Shown here in pieces: positions 52,966 through 64,000 of a DNA stretch of 64,000 bases. The position numbers and the translations under genes were made by a program. Origin of the DNA: an uncultured Gemmatimonadaceae bacterium (lineage in GTDB: Bacteria > Gemmatimonadota > Gemmatimonadetes > Gemmatimonadales > Gemmatimonadaceae); the NCBI GenBank assembly GCA_963843845.1, contig CAWJMB010000002.1:1728001-1792000 (forward strand). The letters are read 5' to 3'. Positions within the stretch are counted from its first letter, which is position 1; the number at the start of each line of letters is the position of its first letter. The notes beneath the pieces are model-generated. The model was not told the DNA's origin. It made no database searches and saw only the letters and a list, made by a program, of their open reading frames with translations.

Positions 52966-55900
52966 TCAGGGGCGCGCAGCGACGGCGACGTAGAGCTGCG
53001 CGCGCCGGCGTGTCGGACCGTCGAGGGCGTAGCCGACGCCGGCTGTCGCCCGGATCCCGGGAGCGCGCGCGAACGGGACGCTGCCGGTCGTCCAGGTGCG
53101 TTGCGCACCGACGACCGCCAGCCAGGGTGACGCGCGGTCGGGGGCAGGGGCGACGCTCCGGGCGCTCCACAGATACGGCGACAGCACGAAACCCGTGACG
53201 TCGACGCGGGCCATCTCGACACCGCGGCCGGCGATCGTTCCGGTCGGGAGCGCCGGCATCGGCAGCCGCTGACCGAGGAGTGCGGCGTCGAGCAGCCCGG
53301 ATTCCGGTCCGCCGACCGCGAACCGCTCGACCCTGGCGCCGCCGCGCAGCATGCCGCGCGCGTATGCGCCGTGCACGCCGCCGCGCGACCCTGCGAGCGA
53401 CACGTCGCCGGCGACCAGCCAGCGACGGAAGCGATCGCCGTCGCTCGACCCGACGCTCTGCGTGGCGCGAACGGACAGCGTCGCCGTTCGATCACGGCGG
53501 CCTCTGACGATGCCGCCGCCGACGTCGGCGAACGCGATCGTGCGCGTGGAGCGGGTGCGTGCACCTCGCGCGTCGCCGTCGCGGAGCTCCAGCCGACCCG
53601 CGGACGCGCCGATCCGGCCGGTGAGCGTGAAGGGCGCGGCGATCGAGCGATGGGCGAGCGCCAGCAGGGCACCATGGTAACGGAGGTCGGCACGCTCGAC
53701 GGGCGGCGTCGCGGTGGGCGCGCTCGGCGCGCCGAGCGCCATCGCGCGCTCGCCCGACGCGCCTCGTGCCGCGAATCGCGACGTGCCGATGCGCTGCGCC
53801 GCGCCGAACAGTTGCCCTTCGATCGTCGTCGGCAGCACGCGCAGCGCCGCGGAGAGCGCGCCGCCGCGCCAGGTCGCCGGCTCGCCGGCCGCGCCTGTGA
53901 GCACCGTCGTCAGCCGTCCGATCGGATCGCTCGTCGTGAAGGCGCCAGCGACGGTGTGTCCGTCGGCCGAGTACGCGCCGGCCGGGACGAGCGACGCGGC
54001 GCGCCGGCCGAAGCCGTACGATGTGGACGGAGCGAGGAGCGCGAGCGCGAAGGTGTCGGTGCGGGCGGGGGGCCGCCGCGCGACGGCGTTCGCGGCCGCC
54101 TCCGCTCCGGCGCCGGTGGCGACGCGTGTCGTCGGCGCCAGCGCGGCGGACTGGGCGGGGCGCGTCGAGTCGCCGCGCGCGAAGCGGCGCAGATCGAACC
54201 CGGAGCTCCGGAGCGTGAGGGCGTACAGATCGCCGGTCGTTCCGATCGGCTCCGGCGCGAACGCGGCGCCGGTGACGCGCGACCATGTCGTGACGCGGCG
54301 GGTCGTGAGGTCGATCCGTTCGACGTTCGGCACCCCGCTCGCCTCCGACGTGACGAAGAGCGCGTCGCTTCCCGCCGCGAACGCCGGTTCGTAGCGCGAC
54401 GCGCCGTCCTCCGGGGCGATGGCGTGGCGCTCGCCGGGCGCGTCGATCGATCCGACCGTCACGGTCCACCGACCGGTCCGCTGCTCGGCCACGGCGAACC
54501 GGCGACCGTCGTGCGACCAGCGCGGCCGGGCGAACGTGCGATCCGTCGACCCAGCGACGAGGGTTCGCACGACACCGGTCACGAGGTCGACGGCGACGAG
54601 GTCGCACCACCCACGCACGCACCGCGTGGCGATCGCCGAGCGGCCGTCGGGCGACGGATCGGCATCGCGCACGGCGGCGCCCCGCGTCACGCGGCGGAGC
54701 GCGTCGCGCTCGCTGTCCCACGTCCAGAGGTCGGGGCGCAGCGTGCCGTCGGCGAGCGGCTCGTCGCGCTCCACGAGCAGGCGTCGTGCGTCGGCGAACC
54801 ATCGCGGTGCGCGGAACGACCGTCCGTCGCGGGCGGTGAGCGTCGCCAGCGCGCGCTTCGAGGGGGGCAGGTACGGAACGGCGGCGACGTCCTCAGGATC
54901 GAGGCGGCGCTGCCGGTCCCGCGCACGCGCTGCCGCCGCGTCGCGCGCCGAGTCGCGAGGTTCCGGACCCGTGCGCCAGATGACGATGCGCGATGCGCGG
55001 CCCGGCTCGCGCACCTCGAGCGCGACACGCTCGCCGTCGCGCGAGACCGCCGGATCGCCGGTCGCGCCGCGCAGGCGCTGCACGAGCGCTCCCTCGACGA
55101 GTCCCGCGTCGCGCAGGGCGCGCTCTGCGGCGACCGCCTCCGCCGTCACCTGCCCCGACCAGCGTGCGTACAGCTCGGCGGGCGTTCCCGGGAAGACGCC
55201 GGCGAACGCCGCGTCGAACGAGCGCGTCGTTCGCGCCGTCATGCGGCGCCACAGCGCCGGTGCGCTCGAGTCGCCGCGCTGTGCGACGAGCCACTCGAAG
55301 TACGCGGAGCCAGCCAGGTAGGCGAAGCTGCCCGCGGCGAAGCCGCCACCGCCGCTCACGGCCGCGTAGGTCGGCAGACGCCCTTCGATCGCCCACTGGC
55401 GGAGAAACGCCGGGCGCCACACCCCGTAGGGACGCCCGCGTCCGGTGAGCGCCCCTTCGACGTAGGTCGCGTATCCCTCCCACACCCAGCGCGGCGTGTG
55501 TGGGCCGATGGGTCCGACGTTCGTCGGCAGCAGGGACGCGAGCGTTCGCCGCAGCGGATTCCGCGTCGGCCGCGCGAGGTGCGCGACGTGCGCGAACTCG
55601 TGCACCGTCAGCAACTCGGCCCACCGGGCATCCCCCGTCTGATCGCGCGGCGACGCCGGCACGGGCCAGAGGAACACGGCCGGCTCGCGGAGGAACGGGT
55701 AGGCGCTGCCGTTGGCGTCGTTGTATGGGTCCGCGACGAGCACGGTGACGCGGCCGCGCGGCGCCCACCCGACGAGCCGACGCACGGCATCGCGCTGATC
55801 TTCGATCCGCCCGATCGCCGCACGCGTCCATCCCTCGAGCTCGGCAGGGAAATGCGCGACGAAGTGTGGGGTTTCCAGCGTTCGCCAGGCCGCGTGCGGG

Positions 55901-56007
55901 CGGAGCGGCACGTAGGGCGGCAGGCTCTGGCCGCGAGTCACCCGCGGGGCGATCGTCAGCCCGAGGACGACGGCGAGCAGGGGCACCCAGCGAGCGGCGG
56001 AGCGCAT
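52966..56007 (-). CDS. Large exported protein: gluzincin-like domain, TolB-like propeller and probable C-terminal beta-barrel
   Basis: Signal peptide; WRTLETPHF; HEFAH...WVWEGYA; SPDG/WS.DG repeats; Gly/aromatic-rich C-terminus. Confidence 0.7.
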   Translation of the reverse strand: MRSAARWVPLLAVVLGLTIAPRVTRGQSLPPYVPLRPHAAWRTLETPHFVAHFPAELEGWTRAAIGRIEDQRDAVRRLVGWAPRGRVTVLVADPYNDANGSAYPFLREPAVFLWPVPASPRDQTGDARWAELLTVHEFAHVAHLARPTRNPLRRTLASLLPTNVGPIGPHTPRWVWEGYATYVEGALTGRGRPYGVWRPAFLRQWAIEGRLPTYAAVSGGGGFAAGSFAYLAGSAYFEWLVAQRGDSSAPALWRRMTARTTRSFDAAFAGVFPGTPAELYARWSGQVTAEAVAAERALRDAGLVEGALVQRLRGATGDPAVSRDGERVALEVREPGRASRIVIWRTGPEPRDSARDAAAARARDRQRRLDPEDVAAVPYLPPSKRALATLTARDGRSFRAPRWFADARRLLVERDEPLADGTLRPDLWTWDSERDALRRVTRGAAVRDADPSPDGRSAIATRCVRGWCDLVAVDLVTGVVRTLVAGSTDRTFARPRWSHDGRRFAVAEQRTGRWTVTVGSIDAPGERHAIAPEDGASRYEPAFAAGSDALFVTSEASGVPNVERIDLTTRRVTTWSRVTGAAFAPEPIGTTGDLYALTLRSSGFDLRRFARGDSTRPAQSAALAPTTRVATGAGAEAAANAVARRPPARTDTFALALLAPSTSYGFGRRAASLVPAGAYSADGHTVAGAFTTSDPIGRLTTVLTGAAGEPATWRGGALSAALRVLPTTIEGQLFGAAQRIGTSRFAARGASGERAMALGAPSAPTATPPVERADLRYHGALLALAHRSIAAPFTLTGRIGASAGRLELRDGDARGARTRSTRTIAFADVGGGIVRGRRDRTATLSVRATQSVGSSDGDRFRRWLVAGDVSLAGSRGGVHGAYARGMLRGGARVERFAVGGPESGLLDAALLGQRLPMPALPTGTIAGRGVEMARVDVTGFVLSPYLWSARSVAPAPDRASPWLAVVGAQRTWTTGSVPFARAPGIRATAGVGYALDGPTRRRAQLYVAVAARP

Positions 56008-56084
56008 CTGACGACGACTGGAAGCGCGAAGGGCGGGCGCCGTCGCTCGGCGCCCGCCCTCGACCATGAGACGTGACGACGCGC

Positions 56085-56273
56085 TCAGCGCGCCGGCGCC
56101 GGCTCCGAGCGGCGGCGGTTGCGCGCCGTGCGATCCTGCAGCCACGTCAGCGGGATGATGAACAGCGGCGTCAGGAACAGGCCGAGCAGGGTGTTGATCC
56201 AGACGAGGGCGATGTAGTACGCCGTCATTCCGAAAGCGGCCCAGAGCGTTCCGAGCACGTTGTGCGATTCCAC
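56085..56273 (-). CDS. Small membrane protein (62 aa)
   Basis: GTG start after GGGGTGA; long hydrophobic stretch and basic tail. Confidence 0.55.
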   Translation of the reverse strand: MESHNVLGTLWAAFGMTAYYIALVWINTLLGLFLTPLFIIPLTWLQDRTARNRRRSEPAPAR

Positions 56274-56357
56274 GTCGTCACCCCGATTCAGGTTCGGACG
56301 GGAACGTAGCGAGGTGCGCGCTCGGCGGGTAGCGGCGCGCGGATGCATCTTCCGCGC

Positions 56358-57353
56358 ATGTGCGCACGCGCGACGACAGACGCGGTACACGCCGCGCTCG
56401 CTCCCTTCGCGGCGCGCGGTGACCGCGTGGTGCTCGCGGTTTCGGGCGGTCTCGATTCGATGGTGCTGCTCGACGCAGCCTCGAGCGGGGCGCGTGATGC
56501 GATCGCCGGCGTCGCGACGTTCGATCACGCCACGGGCCCCGCGGCGACCGCGGCGGCAGACTTCGTGGTCGCCAGCGCGGCGGCTCGGGGCCTGCCCGTG
56601 CGCCGCGGCCGAGCCCGAGCGTCCGGCACGACCGAGGCCGCCTGGCGCGACGCCCGCTGGCACTTTCTCCGCGCCGCCGCGTGCGCCTTCGGCGCCACGC
56701 ACGTCGCCACGGCGCACACGCGCGACGATCAGGTCGAGACGGTGGTGCTGCGCCTGCTGCGCGACGCGAGCGCCTGGGGGCTCGCCGGGCTGTACGCCGA
56801 GTCGCCCGATGTCGTGCGGCCGTTCGTCGGGCTGTCGCGCGCGACGCTGGCGGAGGATGCGCATGTCCACGGCGTCGTGTGGATCGACGATCCGAGCAAC
56901 GCGACGCTGCGTCACCGGCGCAATCGCGTGCGCCACGAGCTGCTGCCCGTGCTTCGTCGCGCCCGTCCGGCGATCGAGGACGAGTTGCTGGCGGTCGCGG
57001 CATCCGCCGCGCGCTGGCGAGCGGATGTGGACGCGTTCATCGACGCGCACGTGGCGATCACGCACGCCGCCGACGGCACGCTTCACGTTGCCACGTCTTC
57101 ACTCGCCCGATATGATGCGAATGTGTGGGCCGCGCTGTGGCCGGCCGTCGCCGCGCGTGGGCGGGTCCGGCTCGACCGCCGCGGTGTGGTACGATTGACA
57201 GAGTTCACGCGCAGCATCGCCGCGGGGGCCGCCGTCGGGCGCCGGATCCAGCTGTCCGGTTTCGTCGACGTCGAGTCCGTCCGCGGCGCGATCGTTCTCC
57301 GACGTCACGATGACGGACCGGCGGCGCCGGCCAGGGGTACACATTCGCTGTGA
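56358..57353 (+). CDS. tilS: tRNA(Ile)-lysidine synthetase
   Basis: SGGLDS, TAHTRDDQVET, VRP, DPSN and RNRVR motifs; tilS-hpt-ftsH synteny. Confidence 0.93.
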   Translation: MCARATTDAVHAALAPFAARGDRVVLAVSGGLDSMVLLDAASSGARDAIAGVATFDHATGPAATAAADFVVASAAARGLPVRRGRARASGTTEAAWRDARWHFLRAAACAFGATHVATAHTRDDQVETVVLRLLRDASAWGLAGLYAESPDVVRPFVGLSRATLAEDAHVHGVVWIDDPSNATLRHRRNRVRHELLPVLRRARPAIEDELLAVAASAARWRADVDAFIDAHVAITHAADGTLHVATSSLARYDANVWAALWPAVAARGRVRLDRRGVVRLTEFTRSIAAGAAVGRRIQLSGFVDVESVRGAIVLRRHDDGPAAPARGTHSL

Positions 57354-57904
57354 ACGCATCGACGGCTGATCCGCGGCTCGAAGGACGTGCGCTGCGACGG
57401 GTCGCATTCAGCGACGCAGACATCGCGGCGCGCGTCCGCGCGCTCGGCGAGGAGATCACCGCCTCCTATCCGGATGGCGAGCTGCTCGTGCTCGGTCTGC
57501 TCAAGGGGAGCTTCATCTTCCTGAGCGATCTCGTGCGTGCCATCCACCGGCCGCTGCACGTCGACTTTCTCGTCGCCTCGAGCTACGGAGACGCGACCGA
57601 ATCGAGCGGCATCGTCCGCCTGGTGTACGATCCGGAAACAGAACTCGAGGGCAAGCACATTCTGCTCGTGGAGGACATCGTCGACTCGGGGCGCACGCTC
57701 CAGCGACTCACGGAGCTGCTGGTCGAGCGGAAGCCGCGCTCGCTGGAGATCTGTGCGCTCCTCCACAAGCACATCGCGACCCACCTGACCTCGCCGGTGC
57801 GCTTCGTCGGTTTCGACGCGCCGCACGAGTTTCTCGTCGGGTATGGGCTCGACCACGCCGAGAGCTTTCGGCACCTGCCGTACGTGGCGAGCCTTCAGCA
57901 GTGA
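57350..57904 (+). CDS. hpt: Hypoxanthine phosphoribosyltransferase
   Basis: LLKGS, VEDIVDSGRTL and VGYGLD motifs. Confidence 0.95.
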   Translation: MNASTADPRLEGRALRRVAFSDADIAARVRALGEEITASYPDGELLVLGLLKGSFIFLSDLVRAIHRPLHVDFLVASSYGDATESSGIVRLVYDPETELEGKHILLVEDIVDSGRTLQRLTELLVERKPRSLEICALLHKHIATHLTSPVRFVGFDAPHEFLVGYGLDHAESFRHLPYVASLQQ

Positions 57905-57935
57905 CTACGGCACAACGCAGGACACGGTGAGGTAG

Positions 57936-59925
<1,990 letters not shown>

Positions 59926-59945
59926 TCGCTGGACCGTGCACGAAC

Positions 59946-59984
59946 GCGGGGCCGCTCGGACGATCGAGCGGCCCCGCTTTCGTT
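59946..59984 (+). terminator. Intrinsic terminator after ftsH
   Basis: GCGGGGCCGCTCG-GACGAT-CGAGCGGCCCCGC-TTTCGTT. Confidence 0.8.
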
Positions 59985-60027
59985 AGGCAGGTTACCGGGG
60001 CTCGGAGCGCCGTGTAGGTTCGCCGGG

Positions 60028-60825
60028 ATGGAGCTGTTCGGGCAGATCGGGGCGCTCAGGGTCGGTTGGCGCGACGTCGTCGAGGTCGTCCTCGTCGCGT
60101 ACGTGCTGTATCGGCTGTTGCTCCTGATCCGCGGCACGCGCGCCGTGCAGATCCTGAGCGGGATCGTCGTGTTGTGCGCCGGATACGGCGTGGCGTGGGC
60201 GGTCGGCCTGACGACGATCACCTACGTCCTGGAGGTCGTCTTCAAGTACGGCGGGTTCGCGCTGCTCATCCTCTTCCAGCCGGAGCTCCGCGCGGCACTC
60301 GCGCAGCTCGGCCAGGCGCGCGTGCCGACGCTGTTCCGTCGGCTCGAGGAAGGGGAGGTCGTCGACGAGATCACGGACGCCGTGGAGCGGTTGAGCCGCT
60401 CGAGCACCGGAGCGATCATCGTCGTGGAGCGCGACGTGCCGTTGGGCGACTACGTGGAGACGGGGACGCAGTTGAACGCGAAGGTCTCCGGCGACCTGCT
60501 GACGACGATCTTCACGCCCTACTCGCCGCTGCACGACGGGGCCGTCATCATCCGCGACGACGCGATGATCGGGGCGGGGTGCATCCTGCCGCTGTCGCAG
60601 GCGCCGATCGAGGACCGATCGTTAGGCACCCGGCACCGCGCCGCGCTCGGCCTCGCGGAAGAGACGGATGCGCTCGTCGTCGTCGTGAGCGAGGAGACGG
60701 GGACGATCTCGCTCGCGAACGGCGCGCGACTGACGCGCAATCTCACGCCGCAGCAGCTCCGGGATCTGCTCAGCGGGCGGCCGCCGCGCGTCACGACGGA
60801 GCAGCCCGTCATCGTCGCGGCGTGA
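60028..60825 (+). CDS. cdaA: Membrane diadenylate cyclase
   Basis: Three TM segments; FQPELR, LHDGA, GTRHRAA and VSEETG motifs. Confidence 0.93.
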   Translation: MELFGQIGALRVGWRDVVEVVLVAYVLYRLLLLIRGTRAVQILSGIVVLCAGYGVAWAVGLTTITYVLEVVFKYGGFALLILFQPELRAALAQLGQARVPTLFRRLEEGEVVDEITDAVERLSRSSTGAIIVVERDVPLGDYVETGTQLNAKVSGDLLTTIFTPYSPLHDGAVIIRDDAMIGAGCILPLSQAPIEDRSLGTRHRAALGLAEETDALVVVVSEETGTISLANGARLTRNLTPQQLRDLLSGRPPRVTTEQPVIVAA

Positions 60826-62726
60826 CGCGGCCCCGCGTCGCGGTCGCCGCGGGGCTCGCGCTGTTCGTCTTGTACGTCGGAACGGCGGCGCGCGACGTCA
60901 CGTTCTGGGACGCCGGCGAGTTCCTCGCCGCCTTCCACACGCTGGGCATTCCCCATCCCCCGGGAACGCCGCTGTTCGTGCTGCTCGGCCGCGTGGCGAC
61001 GCTCGCGCTCGCGCCGCTCGGACCGGTGCTGCCGGGGAGCCTGCTGTCCGCGGCGACGACGGCAGCCGCCGGTGCGCTGACGGCGTGGCTCGTGGAGCGA
61101 TGGACCGCATCGGCGCCCGCGGCGTTCGCGGCCGCGATCGCCGCCGGGACGATGAGTACCGTCTGGCTCGACGCGACCGAGACCGAAGTCTACGCTCCGT
61201 CGCTCGCACTCTCGATCACGATGCTCGTCGCGGCCGAGCGGGCGTCGACCGACGACGTGCGCCCCGAGCGGTGGACGCGGCTGATCGCGCTGCTCTTCGG
61301 GCTGGCCGTGCCGCTCCACCTGAGCGCGCTGATCGCGGCGCCGCCGGTCGTTCTGCTCGCCGCGACGCGCGGCGGGCGACGCTTCGACGTCGCGCTCGCG
61401 CTGCGCCTGACGGGACTGGCCATCCTGGCGGCGGGCGTCGGCCGCATGTCGGTCGCGACGGTCGGGGTGGGTGCCCTGGTCGTCGTCGCCGCGGGCGCAC
61501 ACGAGCGGCGCTACGGTGAGAGCGCCGCGGAGTGTGCGCTGCTCGCGCTCGGTACGTCCGCGCTCCTCGTTCTGCTCGTTCGCGCGCGGATGGATCCGGC
61601 GCTCAACCAGGGCAATCCCGCGACGTGGACGGCGCTCGCCGACGTCGTCGCGCGTCGGCAGTACGCGGTCGCGCCGCTCTGGCCACGCCAGGCGCCGTGG
61701 TGGCTCCAGCTCGCGAACGTCGGCGAATGGGCCGACTGGCAGATCGCGCTCGGCCTGCACGGCGCCGTCGAACCGAGCCTGCGACGAACGCCGCTCACGC
61801 TCCTGTTCGTGTTGCTGGGCGGGGCAGGGCTCGCGTCGCTGGCGCGGTCGAAGCAGCGCGCACTCCTCGCCACGTCCGCGTTGCTGGTCGCGAGCACGAT
61901 CGGGGTCGTCGCGTATCTCAACCTGAAGGCCGGCCCCTCGTTCGGGATCGGCGTGCTTCCCGCCGGCGCGATGCACGAGGCACGCGAGCGCGACTACTTC
62001 TTCGCCCTCGGCTTCTGGACGTGGGGCGCGCTCGCCGGGGTCGGTGCCGTGTACGCCGCGACGCGGCTGATGCGCCGACCCCGGATCGGGGTCGCCATCG
62101 CGGCGATTCCGGTCGCGACCAACTGGGGAGGGGTGACGCGCCTGCACGAGCCGGATGCGTCGCTGCCACGCGGACTCGCGACCGCGCTGCTCGCCACCGT
62201 GCCGTCGAACGGCGTCTACCTCGCGATCGGCGACAACGACAGCTACCCCGTGTGGTTCCTGCAGCGCGCGGAGGGCGCGCGCCCCGACGTGACGGCGGTG
62301 ACCATTCCGCTGCTCGGCGCGCCCTGGTATCGGGGCGAACTCTCTCGCCGGCACGGATTGTTGCCGGATACCGCGTCGGCACGGTGGCTCGGGCTCGATG
62401 CGACGGTGAAGCTCATCGCACGCCGCGCAGCGGCGCGCGGTCGCGGCGTCGTCGTCTCCGCAGGCATCACCGACTCGAACCGCATCGTGCTCGGCGGCAG
62501 GTGGACGCGCGTCGGGACGGGGTGGTGGTGGGACGTCGACGCGCCCATGTACTCGTCGGCCGTCGATTCGGCGGCGACGCGAGCCGTCGCGCGGTCGATC
62601 GCGCCGCTGCTGCTCGCACCGGTGCGGCACGGTGGCGACGGCGTCGCGGAGTGGGCGCAGACGCTGCTGCGGTGTGCGAGTCCGGACGCGGTCGCTTCCC
62701 TTGATGCGCGCTGTAACTCCAAGTAA
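60822..62726 (+). CDS. Second DUF2723 / TMEM260-like GT-C glycosyltransferase
   Basis: FWDAGEF...[26 protein letters not shown] and GDNDSYP.W motifs. Confidence 0.88.
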   Translation: MTRPRVAVAAGLALFVLYVGTAARDVTFWDAGEFLAAFHTLGIPHPPGTPLFVLLGRVATLALAPLGPVLPGSLLSAATTAAAGALTAWLVERWTASAPAAFAAAIAAGTMSTVWLDATETEVYAPSLALSITMLVAAERASTDDVRPERWTRLIALLFGLAVPLHLSALIAAPPVVLLAATRGGRRFDVALALRLTGLAILAAGVGRMSVATVGVGALVVVAAGAHERRYGESAAECALLALGTSALLVLLVRARMDPALNQGNPATWTALADVVARRQYAVAPLWPRQAPWWLQLANVGEWADWQIALGLHGAVEPSLRRTPLTLLFVLLGGAGLASLARSKQRALLATSALLVASTIGVVAYLNLKAGPSFGIGVLPAGAMHEARERDYFFALGFWTWGALAGVGAVYAATRLMRRPRIGVAIAAIPVATNWGGVTRLHEPDASLPRGLATALLATVPSNGVYLAIGDNDSYPVWFLQRAEGARPDVTAVTIPLLGAPWYRGELSRRHGLLPDTASARWLGLDATVKLIARRAAARGRGVVVSAGITDSNRIVLGGRWTRVGTGWWWDVDAPMYSSAVDSAATRAVARSIAPLLLAPVRHGGDGVAEWAQTLLRCASPDAVASLDARCNSK

Positions 62727-62729
62727 AAT
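62701..62729 (+). promoter_or_regulatory. Sigma70-type promoter for yggS-divIVA
   Basis: TTGATG-N17-TAAAAT, ending 8 nt before ATG 62738. Confidence 0.65.
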
Positions 62730-62737
62730 TGCACGTT

Positions 62738-63424
62738 ATGCCATTTCCGGAGTTGCCCGACCGGCTCGCCGCCGTGCGCGACCGTGTCGAGCGGGCAGTC
62801 GGCCGGGGCGGGCACCGACAGGCGGTCACCATCGTCGCCGTCACGAAGACGCACGGACCCGATGCGGTGCAGGCGGCGTGGCAGGCCGGTCTGCACGACG
62901 TCGGGGAGAATCGCGTGCAGGAAGCCGTTCCGAAGATGAGCGCGGCGGCCGTTCCCGTTCGGTGGCACCTCATCGGGCACCTGCAGCGCAACAAGGTGCG
63001 AGCGACCGACGGCTTCGCGATGCTTCACTCGGTCGACAGTGCTCGCCTCGCCGACGCGGTGCACGCGCACGGCGTGGAGCGCGGCGCCGCGGTCGACGCG
63101 CTCGTCCAGGTCAACGTGAGCGGCGAGGGAACGAAGGGCGGCTTCACCCTCGGCGAGCTGCGCGCCGAGGCGGAGCGCATGGCGATGTTGCCCGGAATCT
63201 CGGTGCGTGGCGTGATGACGATGGCGCCGCTCGACGCGCCCGAGGAGGTGCTCCGGCGGGTCTTCGCCGGCGCGCGCGAGGCGAGGGACGTGCTGCGCGC
63301 GGTCGGACATCCGGCGACGGAGCTGTCGATGGGAATGTCGAACGACTTCGAGCTCGCCGTCGAGGAAGGTGCGACGATGGTCCGGCTCGGAACGATGTTC
63401 TTTGGCGCGCGCGATCGAGGCTGA
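62738..63424 (+). CDS. yggS: PLP homeostasis protein
   Basis: VAVTK, GENRVQE, WHLIGHLQRNK, SMGMSND and VRLGT motifs. Confidence 0.94.
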   Translation: MPFPELPDRLAAVRDRVERAVGRGGHRQAVTIVAVTKTHGPDAVQAAWQAGLHDVGENRVQEAVPKMSAAAVPVRWHLIGHLQRNKVRATDGFAMLHSVDSARLADAVHAHGVERGAAVDALVQVNVSGEGTKGGFTLGELRAEAERMAMLPGISVRGVMTMAPLDAPEEVLRRVFAGAREARDVLRAVGHPATELSMGMSNDFELAVEEGATMVRLGTMFFGARDRG

Positions 63425-63437
63425 GCAAGGCGATTCG

Positions 63438-64000
63438 ATGAGTGACGAGACTTTCCGGCTGACGGCGCTCGACGTGCGCCGGTACGACTTCGGCACCGCG
63501 CTGCGCGGCTACGACAAGACGCGGGTGGATCAGTTCCGCGAGCAGGTCGCGTCGGAGCTGGAGCGACTGGCGCGCGTGAACCAGGAGCTCGAGCAGAAGG
63601 CGCGCAACTTCCACGAGCAGCTCCGCGCGTTCCGCGACCGCGACCGTGCGCTGAACGACGCGCTGATCTCCGCGCAGCAGCTGCGCGAGGACACGCGCGA
63701 CGCGGCCGAGCGCGACGCCGATCTCGTGAAGCGTGAGGCGCAGGCGGAAGCCGAGCGCCTGGTGCGCGAGGCGCGCGAGGTCGCGCAGCGCGAGACCGAG
63801 CGGTTGCGTGGCGAGGCGCGCCGCATCGAGGACGAGATCGCGAACCTCGACCGCGCGCACCGCACGTACGTCGCGCAGCTGCGTCTCCAGGCCGAGCGGC
63901 AGCTCGCCGAAGTCGCCGCGTCGGAGGCGAACGCGCTGCCGCTCGTCGCGCGACGCGAGCGGCTCGGCGACGGAGCGGGAAGCGTCGGCACGTCGGGCTC
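63438..64000 (+). CDS. divIVA: DivIVA-domain protein, 3'-truncated
   Basis: LTALDVRRYDFGTALRGYDKTRVDQF followed by a coiled coil. Confidence 0.88.
   Translation, partial: MSDETFRLTALDVRRYDFGTALRGYDKTRVDQFREQVASELERLARVNQELEQKARNFHEQLRAFRDRDRALNDALISAQQLREDTRDAAERDADLVKREAQAEAERLVREAREVAQRETERLRGEARRIEDEIANLDRAHRTYVAQLRLQAERQLAEVAASEANALPLVARRERLGDGAGSVGTSG

Overview
High-GC (about 70% by eye) bacterial chromosomal segment. Gene content and synteny suggest a Gemmatimonadota member (inference). Most of it is core genome: dinG, lexA, gltX, purH/purN, valS, thrS, a thiolase/3-hydroxybutyryl-CoA DH/acyl-CoA DH/leucine DH cluster, rpiB-glyA, nnr-thiL-plsC-eno-ftsB, deoC plus a two-domain ALDH, tilS-hpt-ftsH-cdaA-yggS-divIVA, and four tRNA genes. 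Many essential genes carry frameshifts, best explained as long-read consensus errors. No CRISPR array, integrase, transposase or prophage was seen. Best leads: (1) two, possibly three, divergent copies of an unannotated structured RNA motif (about 39.0-39.2 kb +, 46.3-46.4 kb -, perhaps 52.2-52.3 kb -) with compensatory changes, one carrying a perfect 13-nt complement of the canonical 16S 3' tail; (2) a strongly recurrent octamer, CGTTAGGC, that accounts for every TTA codon I could find; (3) exported proteins dense in D-S/T sequons near two DUF2723/TMEM260-like GT-C enzymes; (4) a LexA lacking the catalytic Lys; (5) a non-canonical tRNA-Ser(TGA).
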